Part shown: piece after piece, positions 9,545-19,419 of the stretch
Position numbering within the stretch: position 1 is the first letter of the stretch
How the letters are laid out: every line of letters starts with the position of its first letter
From: Candidatus Thorarchaeota archaeon
GTDB lineage: Archaea > Asgardarchaeota > Thorarchaeia > Thorarchaeales > Thorarchaeaceae
Assembly: GCA_004524445.1 (NCBI GenBank)
Contig: SDNP01000025.1
Coordinates: 1-46,959, forward strand
Reading direction: 5' to 3'
DNA: 46,959 nt
The notes under the pieces: model-generated
What the model was told of the DNA's origin: nothing
Database searches by the model: none
Seen by the model: only the letters and a program-made list of their open reading frames with translations
Made by a program: the position numbers and the translations under genes

Positions 9545-10771
9545 ATGAAATTCGCAATGTTGGAAAAATACAATTTCCGAGATATGGCCTTCAAATGTGC
9601 TCAATGTAGCTACTGTCAGGTTGGTCATGGAGCATGTCCCACATACAAAGTCAAGCGGCTCGAGTCATACTCCGGAAAAGGAAAGATGCTCATTACAAAG
9701 GCTCTCATGCTCAATAGGCTAAAATCCAAGGATGCGCTTGAGGGACTTCGAGACGCCATTTTTGGCTGTACTCTATGTGGCGGGTGTGAGGAGATATGTC
9801 AAGTTGATATTCCGTTTGTGAAAATCTACCAGCTCATGCGGTCTGAATTGAGAGGGTTGGGGTTTTGGCCAGAGGGTATGAATGCAGCTCGGGATACACT
9901 TCTCAAATTCCGAAATATACAGGGGCAATCGCAAACAGAAAGAATAGACGGATGGTCCTATTGGCATCCCAATGAGGGTCACCTGTTCAAGCATCAGCTG
10001 AAGGAAGCCAAGACTGCCTTCTTCATGGGGTGTGTTTCGTCATTTAATGCCATTCCAATTCAAGCAACAATCTCCTCCACTCTCATATTTGACAAGCTTG
10101 ACGAGGACTACACGTTTCTTGGAGATGAGGAGCAGTGTTGTGGTGCTCCTCTTATCATGACGGGCGATTTTGAGACTGCCAAGAAATTTGCAGATCACAA
10201 TATCCAGAAACTCCAGGAATTAGGAGTTGAAAGGGTCATTACGAATTGTCCTGGGTGTTATAGAATGTGGAATCAGGAGTATGAAGAACTATTGGGAATC
10301 AAGCCTCCCTTTGAGACTCTTTATGGATATGAATACTTGGCAAGACTCATGGATGAAGGCAAAATGAATAACCTACCAAACCGCCTGGATGCCACAGTCA
10401 CTTTCCACGATGGTTGTGATGCAGGACGTAATACGGGCTTCTTTGAGGAACCTAGGAAGATATTAGAAAATATCCCAGGAATTGATTTTGTAGAATTGCC
10501 CCATAACAAAAGCAACTGCTATTGTTGCGGCTCTGGAGGGGTTCTACGGGCATATGATGAAGAATTCGCATCGCGCATAAGTAAATTGAAGATTCAGGAC
10601 ATTGAGGATACGCGAGCAGACTGGGTGATATCTGGATGTCCTTCATGTGTCGATTTTCTTCAATATCAACTACCGAAATGGGGGTCAACTAAGAAATCAA
10701 AGGACTTGGCAGTTCTTCTTGGCGAGGCCATGGGTTTCACTTGGGATGGTTTAGATGATGCATATCGTTAG
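9545..10771 (+). CDS. Fe-S oxidoreductase with 2x[4Fe-4S] and two CCG domains (GlcF/HdrD-like)
   Basis: CAQCSYC, CTLCGGCEEIC, EQCCG, CPGC, HDGC, CYCCGSGG, CPSC; GAGGAGG SD before ATG 9545. Confidence 0.88.
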   Translation: MKFAMLEKYNFRDMAFKCAQCSYCQVGHGACPTYKVKRLESYSGKGKMLITKALMLNRLKSKDALEGLRDAIFGCTLCGGCEEICQVDIPFVKIYQLMRSELRGLGFWPEGMNAARDTLLKFRNIQGQSQTERIDGWSYWHPNEGHLFKHQLKEAKTAFFMGCVSSFNAIPIQATISSTLIFDKLDEDYTFLGDEEQCCGAPLIMTGDFETAKKFADHNIQKLQELGVERVITNCPGCYRMWNQEYEELLGIKPPFETLYGYEYLARLMDEGKMNNLPNRLDATVTFHDGCDAGRNTGFFEEPRKILENIPGIDFVELPHNKSNCYCCGSGGVLRAYDEEFASRISKLKIQDIEDTRADWVISGCPSCVDFLQYQLPKWGSTKKSKDLAVLLGEAMGFTWDGLDDAYR

Positions 10772-10880
10772 ACGTATTGCTGTTGGTTCCAGAGAGAACG
10801 ATAAGAGAATTTGCCATGTAAGGACTGCATTATTGGTGCCCAAGCAACTGGTTAGCAAATTGTACAGGGAATGATGAGTC

Positions 10881-12377
10881 ATGGCATTAACCGATGAACA
10901 AGAAGATGAACTTACCAAAATATTCGGTGATCGATTCATCGTGGCGAAACATGAGCTACTCCCTTTTTCAACCGATATTGGAACACTTCCAAGAGAAGTT
11001 GGGTTGATTATGAATAATATGCCGGATGCTCTTGTTCAGCCAGTCAAGGCGAATGAAATAAGGGATTTATATGCTGTCGCTAGACGCCACGGCATACCTC
11101 TAATACCCAGAGGCGCTGGAACTTCAGGATATGGCGGTGCAATTCCACTAGCTGGTGGAATAACTGTCGATATGAGACGAATGGATCGTATAATTGAAAT
11201 CGATGAAGAAAAACTCACCGTCACCACAGAGCCAGGGATTTCGTGGTATGATCTTCAGTTTGAGCTCAATAGGAGGGGTTTGGACTTACAATGTTATCCT
11301 AGCTCTGCCTTAGCCGCCACAGTTGGTGGATGGATCAGCCAAGGAGGCGACGGAATAGGTTCATTGAAGTATGGACCAGTCAATGACAGTGTAATAGAGC
11401 TCGAAGTTGTTCTGCCAAATGGCAGGATTGTACTTAGCAGAGATTTGCAGCTATTCTGCGATACAGAGGGCATTCTTGGTATAATCACCAAGGCAAAACT
11501 AAAAGTCAAAAAATTGACAGAAATTGAACCAACAGTATTCAGCGTTAGAGATAACCATGTGTTGATGAATGCAATCGAAGAAATTCTCAACGAGGGGCCA
11601 TTACCATTTACAATTAAGCTTGAGGAATCCAACTATGTACAAATTAAGAAGAAGTTATGGCCAAAGAATGAACTCTATCCATATCCGAAAAAACATTGTG
11701 TTGTCTTGGTTGCATATGAAGGGGATCAAGATGAGATACAAACAGGGCTGAATACCGTACGTGAAGTGGCAGGAAAACATGACGGCATAATTCATAGTAA
11801 ATGGGTCGCAGATTATGAATGGAAAGAGCGATTCTATCCAATGCGCATAAAGCAGCTCGGTCCCAGTCTTGTTGCAGGCCAAGCTCATGTTCCACTTGAG
11901 AGTCTTGGGAGGGTCCTAGGTGATTTTCAGTCACAGCAAGCTCCAATGCGAGCTGGTGCAGATGGGTTTGTCACTAGCAGAGATGCCGTGACGATAATGG
12001 GATATTACTTAGAGGACGAAAGAAACCTTTTCTTCATGTTGTCTTGGGTGCAGAGCTTTTCCATTCTTGACATTGCTGAGCGATACGGGGGTCATACTCA
12101 TTCAACAGGCTTGTGGCTGGCTGACCGCGCAGAGGAATACTTCGGTAAGAAACACCTGGCAAAGATAGCTGCCGCCAAATCAAAATTCGACTCTGACAAC
12201 ATATCGAATCCTGGAAAGATATTCGGGTTTTGGTTCCCCTGGGTACTAAGATTCGGAAGGCACTTCATGAGGATAGGATTTGAGCTTCTAAACAATGGAC
12301 CTCTAAAGACCATTAAGACAGTGAAATGGATGCTATACGATTTTCCACCGTTGAAATGGATTAGAAACGACATGTGA
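10881..12377 (+). CDS. FAD-binding oxidoreductase (FAD_binding_4, GlcD/D-lactate dehydrogenase-like)
   Basis: IPRGAGTSGYGG, TVGGWI, KYG, TEGILGIIT, NPGK; aromatic amphipathic C-terminal tail. Confidence 0.85.
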   Translation: MALTDEQEDELTKIFGDRFIVAKHELLPFSTDIGTLPREVGLIMNNMPDALVQPVKANEIRDLYAVARRHGIPLIPRGAGTSGYGGAIPLAGGITVDMRRMDRIIEIDEEKLTVTTEPGISWYDLQFELNRRGLDLQCYPSSALAATVGGWISQGGDGIGSLKYGPVNDSVIELEVVLPNGRIVLSRDLQLFCDTEGILGIITKAKLKVKKLTEIEPTVFSVRDNHVLMNAIEEILNEGPLPFTIKLEESNYVQIKKKLWPKNELYPYPKKHCVVLVAYEGDQDEIQTGLNTVREVAGKHDGIIHSKWVADYEWKERFYPMRIKQLGPSLVAGQAHVPLESLGRVLGDFQSQQAPMRAGADGFVTSRDAVTIMGYYLEDERNLFFMLSWVQSFSILDIAERYGGHTHSTGLWLADRAEEYFGKKHLAKIAAAKSKFDSDNISNPGKIFGFWFPWVLRFGRHFMRIGFELLNNGPLKTIKTVKWMLYDFPPLKWIRNDM

Positions 12378-12403
12378 TTTCTTTCTGCTGACGGATTTCA
12401 CTG

Positions 12404-13816
12404 CTATTCTTTTGCTGACAAGAGAGCATTAGCCAATGCACGGCCCGCCCGCTGAGGACTGGCGAAAAATGGAATCCCACCATCTTCGAGAACGTCCTTT
12501 CCTTTCGGAGTGAGACCTGCAGGTGAGTTTAGGACACTAACCACAGGTACCTTGGATTTATGGGCAAATGAAACTATCTGATTTGCTGGCATTCCTCCCC
12601 CAATACCCTCCTGATAATTTGGAGAGAAGATGGTCAAGATTGCATCATACTCGCCTGAGTTCGCAACAATATCAAATGTTTTGGCAAATACGTTAGGTTC
12701 TGCCCATCCCTTGGCAAGAAGGTCGATCGGATTCCTTATCGGTATATGAACGGGCATCTCGAGAAGATTCTCAATGGGTTTGGCAATCCTATCTGAGGGA
12801 TACGGAAGCAAAGCTCCGTTCTCTTCAAGTGTCTGAGCTGCGATGAGGGCAATTCCCAATGAATGTGTTATGACTGCTACTCTCTTGCCATTTGGAAAAT
12901 GCTCCCACATTGACAACAACTTGGCAGTATCAATCATGTCTTGTGCGCTTTCTACTTCGATACCGCCCGCCTGTTTGATAGCTCCAGAATAAATTTTTGG
13001 TTCACCAGCCAGACTGCCAGTATGACTCAAAGCAGCAGCACGTGCCGTGGGCGTCTTACCAACCTTGAAGACAATTACTGGTTTCTCTTTCGTAACCAGC
13101 TTCATCTCATTTGCCATTTCTCTAGCTTTCTCTGTGCCCTCTACAAATAGACAGATGACTTCTGTTTCATGATCATTTTTGAGATATTTCAGCAGGTGTG
13201 CAAAATCGATGTTTACACGGTTCCCTACGCTGGCAAACTTCGATATACCAAGTTCAGATTCAACAGCCCTGTAGATCATCAGCCCAGAAACGCCCCCGCT
13301 CTGACTTACAAGGGCAACTTTTCCTTTGTTCGGAGTTATCGGATGGGGAAAGAAAGTTGCATTTAGGTCCAGATTTACGTTGCCTGCACCAAGACAATTG
13401 GGTCCGATGACAGCAATGTGCGCCTCATCAACTAACTTCTTTATTCGCCTTTGTTCAGCGGCTCCTTCTTTCCCGAGTTCCTTGAATCCCGCGGCAAGAA
13501 CTATTGCTGCTCTAACTCCTGCATTCGCGCAATCCGAAAGTGCTTGATATACTAAGCCGCCTCGGAGGCATATCATTGCAAGATCTACATCGTGAGGAAT
13601 ATCCGAAACCGTGGAATAACATCGACGGCCATTTAGAGTTGAAAGGCGTGGATTTACAGGATATATATCTCCCCTGAACGAATTCAGCGCCACCAATGCT
13701 AGAGCACCCAATTTCTCTGATTTATCAGATGCTCCTACTACGGCCACGGATTCGGGATTGAATAGCTTGTCAAGCGAATCTATCTTCCAAGTCACAATGC
13801 TATTTCTCCTTCTCAA
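12404..13816 (-). CDS. ADP-forming acyl-CoA synthetase alpha subunit (CoA-binding)
   Basis: VAVVGAS, IGPNCLG, SQSGG, SVGN, phospho-His SHTGSLAG, NPIDL; true start may be GTG at 13795. Confidence 0.88.
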   Translation of the reverse strand: MRRRNSIVTWKIDSLDKLFNPESVAVVGASDKSEKLGALALVALNSFRGDIYPVNPRLSTLNGRRCYSTVSDIPHDVDLAMICLRGGLVYQALSDCANAGVRAAIVLAAGFKELGKEGAAEQRRIKKLVDEAHIAVIGPNCLGAGNVNLDLNATFFPHPITPNKGKVALVSQSGGVSGLMIYRAVESELGISKFASVGNRVNIDFAHLLKYLKNDHETEVICLFVEGTEKAREMANEMKLVTKEKPVIVFKVGKTPTARAAALSHTGSLAGEPKIYSGAIKQAGGIEVESAQDMIDTAKLLSMWEHFPNGKRVAVITHSLGIALIAAQTLEENGALLPYPSDRIAKPIENLLEMPVHIPIRNPIDLLAKGWAEPNVFAKTFDIVANSGEYDAILTIFSPNYQEGIGGGMPANQIVSFAHKSKVPVVSVLNSPAGLTPKGKDVLEDGGIPFFASPQRAGRALANALLSAKE

Positions 13817-13827
13817 TAGATTTGCAA

Positions 13828-14916
13828 TTATGAGTAGAGTTCTTCGAGGGCTTTCCCGAGATTTTCAAGCCCTTTGATGAGTTCTTCCTTTTCTCCACCA
13901 TATCCAAGACGGAAGTATTCATCCATCTCAAGGCCATAACCGGGGACAACAAATGTCCTATATTTGTCCACCAATAATTTGCATAGCTCCCGTGTTGGTC
14001 CACCCTGCTTAAGCCGAGGCGCTGCAACAACTCCTCCCTCGGGCTCCTTCCATTCCAACCATTGCTGGTTATCCATCCACTTCTTGAGGATTTCATAATT
14101 TTCCAACATTATATTTCTCATTTTGCGAAGAATCTCATCTCTTTCTTGCAGGACGCGAAGAGCAACAGCCTCGCCTAATTGAGAATTGCAAATCGTCATT
14201 TGTTCTCTCACTGCTCGAATTCCTTCTATGATGGGTCTATCTGCCACAGCCCATCCTATACGAATTCCTGGTAGTCCGTAGACCTTAGACATGCTGGTTA
14301 TGCTGATTGCATTCTTGCTCAACGTGGCTGCCAAGGGTGGTGGGTCCTTGAAAGTTAGGTCTCTGTATGTTTCGTCAACCATCAAATGGAAGTCATTTTC
14401 TTCCGCCAATTGAATAGCTCTCATCAAGGAGTTCTCGTCTATCTGTGAGCCCGTGGGATTATTTGGATGGGTTAAGGTGACGAGTTTCGTATTGGGCTTG
14501 ATTAGTTTTTCAAGTTCGTCCATGTTTGGCTTGAAATCGTCCTCCCACGTAAGATGCAACAGCGACATATCTCGCTCGAGAGAGCGTGGTACTTGATACA
14601 GCGAGGGATAAGTTGGATGTTCAACCACAATATGGTCATCCTTCCCCACGAGATGAGCAATTATCGAGAAGTTGGCTTCGCTCGCTCCTGTTGTAACCGC
14701 CACATTCTCTGCTGTTCTCCCTCTGTATTGTTTGGAGATTATTTCTCTCAACTCAGGGGCACCCAAATGGTAACCGTATCGCAGATCTACATCACCTAAC
14801 TCAAACCCCAAATCGTTAAGTGAGAGAAATTTCATTCCACTTTCGCCGATATCCCAGTCAACCTCATACTGGTATTTGTCAAACCAGTCTTCGAGGGGCA
14901 TCCGTTCAAAAACCAT
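13828..14916 (-). CDS. PLP-dependent aminotransferase class I/II
   Basis: HPNNPTG, VDETY, SMSKVYGLPGIRIGW. Confidence 0.92.
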   Translation of the reverse strand: MVFERMPLEDWFDKYQYEVDWDIGESGMKFLSLNDLGFELGDVDLRYGYHLGAPELREIISKQYRGRTAENVAVTTGASEANFSIIAHLVGKDDHIVVEHPTYPSLYQVPRSLERDMSLLHLTWEDDFKPNMDELEKLIKPNTKLVTLTHPNNPTGSQIDENSLMRAIQLAEENDFHLMVDETYRDLTFKDPPPLAATLSKNAISITSMSKVYGLPGIRIGWAVADRPIIEGIRAVREQMTICNSQLGEAVALRVLQERDEILRKMRNIMLENYEILKKWMDNQQWLEWKEPEGGVVAAPRLKQGGPTRELCKLLVDKYRTFVVPGYGLEMDEYFRLGYGGEKEELIKGLENLGKALEELYS

Positions 14917-15013
14917 TATGAAAACCTCAGCACAAGGGGGATTGATTGCTAGATAAATAGATTCGGAAAGGACCTGTTTTTGAGGAATCGATTGCAGACT
15001 ATCCCGTTTACTT

Positions 15014-15913
15014 CTAGGTTATGAGCGCCTCCATCCTCTTACGTATCAGCATTGATATCTCCTGAAATGCTACTTGGTAATCTTCAAGGTGTATAACGCG
15101 AATATTGGAATCTGCTGCTTTGTCAAGTATGTAGTCCTGTATCTCTCGAGTGGACTTGAATTCCAACTCTCTTTGATTTGTTGCGCCACCAACTGTTTTG
15201 AGCCCCGCGAGGGATTTTTTACTCATAAACATCGCACGATGCATCTCTTTCCCAGGTTCAATTATTACTTCAAGAACAGATTTTGCAATACTTGATAATT
15301 CGCCGGGAATGACATGTACTCCCTCAATTATTGCCTCTGTGCCTTCTGCTATGACTCTCTCAACACTTTGAGTGACTACTGGTTTGATAATCTGCTCTTG
15401 GGCAAGAAAACCTCTCACGACAGCGCCTAGACTCTCAGGTCCGACCTGATTGAATTCATGAGCTTGATAGGTATGACAGAATAGTTCTGGATAATCCTCT
15501 TTGCTTATTTGCGTTCTCAATACTTGCCGAATGCTGTCTGTGCTTACGAATCTTGTAGCTCCGAGAGCTAGAATGGTCGACAGCAGTAACATAGACTTGC
15601 CAGTCGCGCTGGCGCCTTCCAGTATCAGGACAATGGGAGGGATTTCATCTCCTTCTCTGCGGAGCTGGTAGTATTTGTTGACAGTTTCGAGGTTTTTTCC
15701 GTAGTCCTTGTCATAAGATGAAAGAATCTGGTCCACTTCATGGATTATGTCTTTTTCTGTCGGCCAATCTTGCGTTGCCTTATGCGACTCGGCTATTTCT
15801 TCAACAATCCCCTCTGCACGTCTTAGGTGAACCCCTGATAATAAGAGACGGGATTTGATCATTGCCATGGGGTAAGGAATGAGCCAGTTTCCAGCATATA
15901 CCTTCATTTCCAA
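15014..15913 (-). CDS. 2-phosphoglycerate kinase-like P-loop kinase
   Basis: GASATGKS, STDSIRQVLR, IIEGVH; N-terminal ATP-cone-like region. Confidence 0.75.
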   Translation of the reverse strand: MEMKVYAGNWLIPYPMAMIKSRLLLSGVHLRRAEGIVEEIAESHKATQDWPTEKDIIHEVDQILSSYDKDYGKNLETVNKYYQLRREGDEIPPIVLILEGASATGKSMLLLSTILALGATRFVSTDSIRQVLRTQISKEDYPELFCHTYQAHEFNQVGPESLGAVVRGFLAQEQIIKPVVTQSVERVIAEGTEAIIEGVHVIPGELSSIAKSVLEVIIEPGKEMHRAMFMSKKSLAGLKTVGGATNQRELEFKSTREIQDYILDKAADSNIRVIHLEDYQVAFQEISMLIRKRMEALIT

Positions 15914-15967
15914 CTATTCCTCAAGAAGAACTAAGAAACATGTTCCTGAAAGAGCTTTCTCTCAAGA

Positions 15968-16462
15968 TTAGAAGTCCTTTGGTCCACAATATTTTTTGAA
16001 ATTGGATGCTGGGATTCCGTCCAAGGTTCGGACATCATCCTTTCGGGTGGTCTGTCTTACCCGCGCTCCTACAAATGGTAGACTCATATTGAGTTGCTGA
16101 TTAATTTTTTCTATTCTAGTGCTTAAGGGGCGAATTTTGCCCTTCTTACTCTTGCATAACTTGATACATTCATCTTTTACAGAAACATACGCATCTTGGA
16201 TAAGATATGACTTGCCAACTTCTATCGTGTCAATGTCAGTGTTCCAGAGAATAATATTCATAATTGCGGTTTCATCACCAACCAGAATCTCTGCTAATCG
16301 ATACCTAGTATTCCATTTTTTACTCTCGATAATTCTAACAGTTCCTTTCTCTAGGACTTCAAAATGAGCGGAGAATCCAGCGTCGCCACGACCGACATCC
16401 GCCAATTTGATGACTTCCTTCTGTTTATTCCCGTCCCCGGACAAAGCTATCACTCTATACAT
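15968..16462 (-). CDS. Single OB-fold single-stranded nucleic acid-binding protein (SSB/RPA-like)
   Basis: LAEILVGDETAIMNIILWN typical of archaeal SSB/RPA OB folds. Confidence 0.75.
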   Translation of the reverse strand: MYRVIALSGDGNKQKEVIKLADVGRGDAGFSAHFEVLEKGTVRIIESKKWNTRYRLAEILVGDETAIMNIILWNTDIDTIEVGKSYLIQDAYVSVKDECIKLCKSKKGKIRPLSTRIEKINQQLNMSLPFVGARVRQTTRKDDVRTLDGIPASNFKKYCGPKDF

Positions 16463-16715
16463 TGACTATTTGATGCCTCTAAAGAACTCATATCTTCTTA
16501 GTCACCTCAATTTTCTCTATCACTGCATACTCTCTAATTCAAGTAGAAAGTCAATTTCACGAATGACGGTCAAAATATCGGTTTCCGACATCAAACACCT
16601 GCAAATATATGTAATCTATCGCTTTGGATGAAGAAATGATTCAAGACGATTCCCTAAAGGTTATGAATGATATTTCAATCTGAAACTTACACTATAGACC
16701 AATGGCTGATGAACC

Positions 16716-17780
16716 ATGAGTCCAACTTACACGATAAAAAAGGAAAAGATGCAGCAGTTTGTCGAAACCATAGAGGACGAATATGATGTCTATGGACCCG
16801 TGCCCCGACGTACTACGCATGTATTCGATAAGCTTGACGACCCTTCCTTGCTTGACCTTGACTATGATAGTACTATCATGTCACCTAAGAAGTTCTTTCT
16901 TCCTGCAGAACAAAACATGCTATTATTTGATAATGAGTCTGGTACTGTAAAGGATACGATTGATAGAATTGAGCAGATGAAACCTCGCCTTCTTCTAGGC
17001 ATTCATTCTTGTGACATTAATGGCATGCTCTTTCTGGACCGAGTCTTCGGTGGAAAGTATGAGGACCCCTACTATCAAGCTTATCGTGAAAATACTACAG
17101 TAATCGGGCTCAACTGTATAGAGCCCTGCGAGAATGGTTTCTGTCGTTCTGTCAACAAGAATTTCGTGCTTGAAGGATATGATTTGTTTCTGACTGAAAT
17201 ATCCGATTCGCACTATTATGTGCACGTTGGTTCTCCCAAGGGCGACCGTCTTCTGAGTCTTGCTTCCGAGTTCTTCACACGTGCGACTCCTGAAGATGAT
17301 GCGGCTTTCAAACAAGCCTTGAAAAGAAAGCACGAATCGTTGCCAGTAGACCTGCATATTGATCATATTCATGAGTCACTTGATATGGCATGGGATTCTC
17401 CGCTTTGGGAGGAATTAGGCGAAGAGTGCATGAACTGTGGGTCTTGTGCCCTGGTCTGTCCAACCTGCTATTGTTTTGATGTAAGAGATGAACTTGATTT
17501 ATCTCTTCAGAATGGCGAACGAAAACGCAAATGGGATACATGTCTCTATTATGACTTTGCGTTAGTTGCTGGCAATCATAATTTTCGAGAAGAACCTCCT
17601 GTACGTAACAAATATCGCATCTACCACAAGATGCGAGGTGCTATTCATGAGCAGGGCATGATTGCATGTATAGGCTGTGGGAGATGCATTAGTGCATGTC
17701 CTGCAGGGATAAGCATCAAAGATATTCTAAATCAACTTCAAAATCAGTGGGCATCATCCCCCACAGCAATGGAGGGATAA
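16716..17780 (+). CDS. hydB: Group 3b [NiFe] hydrogenase (sulfhydrogenase) beta subunit, 4Fe-4S
   Basis: SPKKFF, HSCD, CMNCGSCALVCPTC, CIGCGRCISACP. Confidence 0.9.
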   Translation: MSPTYTIKKEKMQQFVETIEDEYDVYGPVPRRTTHVFDKLDDPSLLDLDYDSTIMSPKKFFLPAEQNMLLFDNESGTVKDTIDRIEQMKPRLLLGIHSCDINGMLFLDRVFGGKYEDPYYQAYRENTTVIGLNCIEPCENGFCRSVNKNFVLEGYDLFLTEISDSHYYVHVGSPKGDRLLSLASEFFTRATPEDDAAFKQALKRKHESLPVDLHIDHIHESLDMAWDSPLWEELGEECMNCGSCALVCPTCYCFDVRDELDLSLQNGERKRKWDTCLYYDFALVAGNHNFREEPPVRNKYRIYHKMRGAIHEQGMIACIGCGRCISACPAGISIKDILNQLQNQWASSPTAMEG

Positions 17781-17784
17781 GATA

Positions 17785-18633
17785 ATGCAAACTACAGTTA
17801 CAGAAGAAAACGAGTATATTCCAGAAACTGCAAAACTGATTCGAAAGGAGAAAATGACGAAATATGAAACTCTCTTTGAATTTGAGTTTGATAATGAACA
17901 GATTCGAAGAGCGTTCGACTATAATCCGGGTCAATTCATGCAACTGAGCATTTTTGGCATCGGTGAAGCTCCCTTCTCAATAAGCTCTACTCCTACCAGA
18001 ATGGGTCGACTTGAGTTTGGCATCCGTAGAACGGGAGATGTTACAGAAGCAATTCATGACCTTGAACTAGGTGACAAAATTGGGTTAAGAGGCCCGTATG
18101 GAAATGGTTTCCCCATGAAGAAACTTCGTGGGAAGAATATCCTCTTTGTTGCCGGCGGTATCGGCTTGGTGCCTCTAAGGTCGGTCATCAACTATGTGGC
18201 TGACCGCCGCACACAATATGGCGATGTTACTATCATGTACGGGGCATGCCTCCCGGAAGAGAGAGTATTTGTGAATGAACTGGAAAATGTTTGGCCAAAG
18301 GTTCCCGATTTCGATGTTAATCAAACTGTTGATGAATGTCGTGAAACCTGGCAAGGAAATGTCGGTGTGGTGACGACACTTTTCGACAAGGTTGATGTTG
18401 ATGCTTCAGACACTGTGGCTCTAATCTGCGGACCCCCGGTTATGTACAAATTTGTTGTTGCAGACCTATTGAAGCTCGGCTTTGGTCGTGATGAAATCCT
18501 TCTATCGCTCGAGCGAAGAATGAAATGTGGAATAGGAAAATGTGCACATTGTCAGGTCGGGCACAAACTAACCTGCATGGATGGTCCAGTGTTTACCTAT
18601 TTTGAGGCTGAACGATTAGTGGAGAGTATCTAG
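17785..18633 (+). CDS. hydG: Group 3b hydrogenase gamma subunit (FAD/NAD(P)-binding, 2Fe-2S)
   Basis: PGQF, GPYGNGF, AGGIGLVPL, CGPP, MKCGIGKCAHC..CMDGPVF. Confidence 0.92.
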   Translation: MQTTVTEENEYIPETAKLIRKEKMTKYETLFEFEFDNEQIRRAFDYNPGQFMQLSIFGIGEAPFSISSTPTRMGRLEFGIRRTGDVTEAIHDLELGDKIGLRGPYGNGFPMKKLRGKNILFVAGGIGLVPLRSVINYVADRRTQYGDVTIMYGACLPEERVFVNELENVWPKVPDFDVNQTVDECRETWQGNVGVVTTLFDKVDVDASDTVALICGPPVMYKFVVADLLKLGFGRDEILLSLERRMKCGIGKCAHCQVGHKLTCMDGPVFTYFEAERLVESI

Positions 18634-18645
18634 GAGGTTCCAAAA

Positions 18646-19419
18646 ATGACTGAAGTAAGCAAACCAAAAGTAGGAATCTTCGGCCTTACAGGATGTGCAG
18701 GCTGCCAATTGAACATCCTCAATATTGAGGATCACCTACTGGAAATTCTTGGATTAGTAGACATAACTACCTGGGTTATGGCTAAAGCTGAGAACTCTGA
18801 TGGCCCATGGGACATAGCTTTCGTAGAAGGCTCTGTTGCAAAGGCCTCAGAGATAGAGCGCGTCAAGAAGATACGTGAAAAATCAAAGATACTAGTTGCC
18901 ATAGGTGCATGCGCCACTCATGGCGGATTGCCTGGCATCCGCAATTTCCGTGATATGGAAAAGATGAAGCAAACAGTTTATGGTGACCAGACGGATCATC
19001 TTGATGTAATTGAGATTAAGCCGGTTTCTCATTACGTTGATGTTGATGCTGAGCTGCCAGGTTGTCCAATGAATAAGAACGACTTTATCAATGCCGTCAA
19101 GGCACTGGCAGTTGGCAAAACACCGCCCGTTGCGAATTATTCAGTTTGCTATGAATGCAGAATCCGTGAAAATGCCTGCCTTCTTAATGAAGGCAAATTC
19201 TGCATGGGTCCGGTCACTCAGGCTGGATGTGATGCACTTTGTCCAACACATGGTGCAACGTGTGAGGGTTGTAGAGGCCCTGTGGCGCAGGTAAACTGGG
19301 GTGCAGAATATAAAATTTTGAAAGACTTGGGCGCAACAAAGGAAATGATACTTCGCAAGTTCCTCAAATACTGCCCATCAAGTTCAGATATGGACGAATT
19401 CAAGGAGTTGGAAATCTAA
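18646..19419 (+). CDS. hydD: Group 3b hydrogenase small (delta) subunit
   Basis: TGCAGC, VEGS, GACA, PGCP, VCYEC..C..CMGP, CEGCRG. Confidence 0.92.
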   Translation: MTEVSKPKVGIFGLTGCAGCQLNILNIEDHLLEILGLVDITTWVMAKAENSDGPWDIAFVEGSVAKASEIERVKKIREKSKILVAIGACATHGGLPGIRNFRDMEKMKQTVYGDQTDHLDVIEIKPVSHYVDVDAELPGCPMNKNDFINAVKALAVGKTPPVANYSVCYECRIRENACLLNEGKFCMGPVTQAGCDALCPTHGATCEGCRGPVAQVNWGAEYKILKDLGATKEMILRKFLKYCPSSSDMDEFKELEI

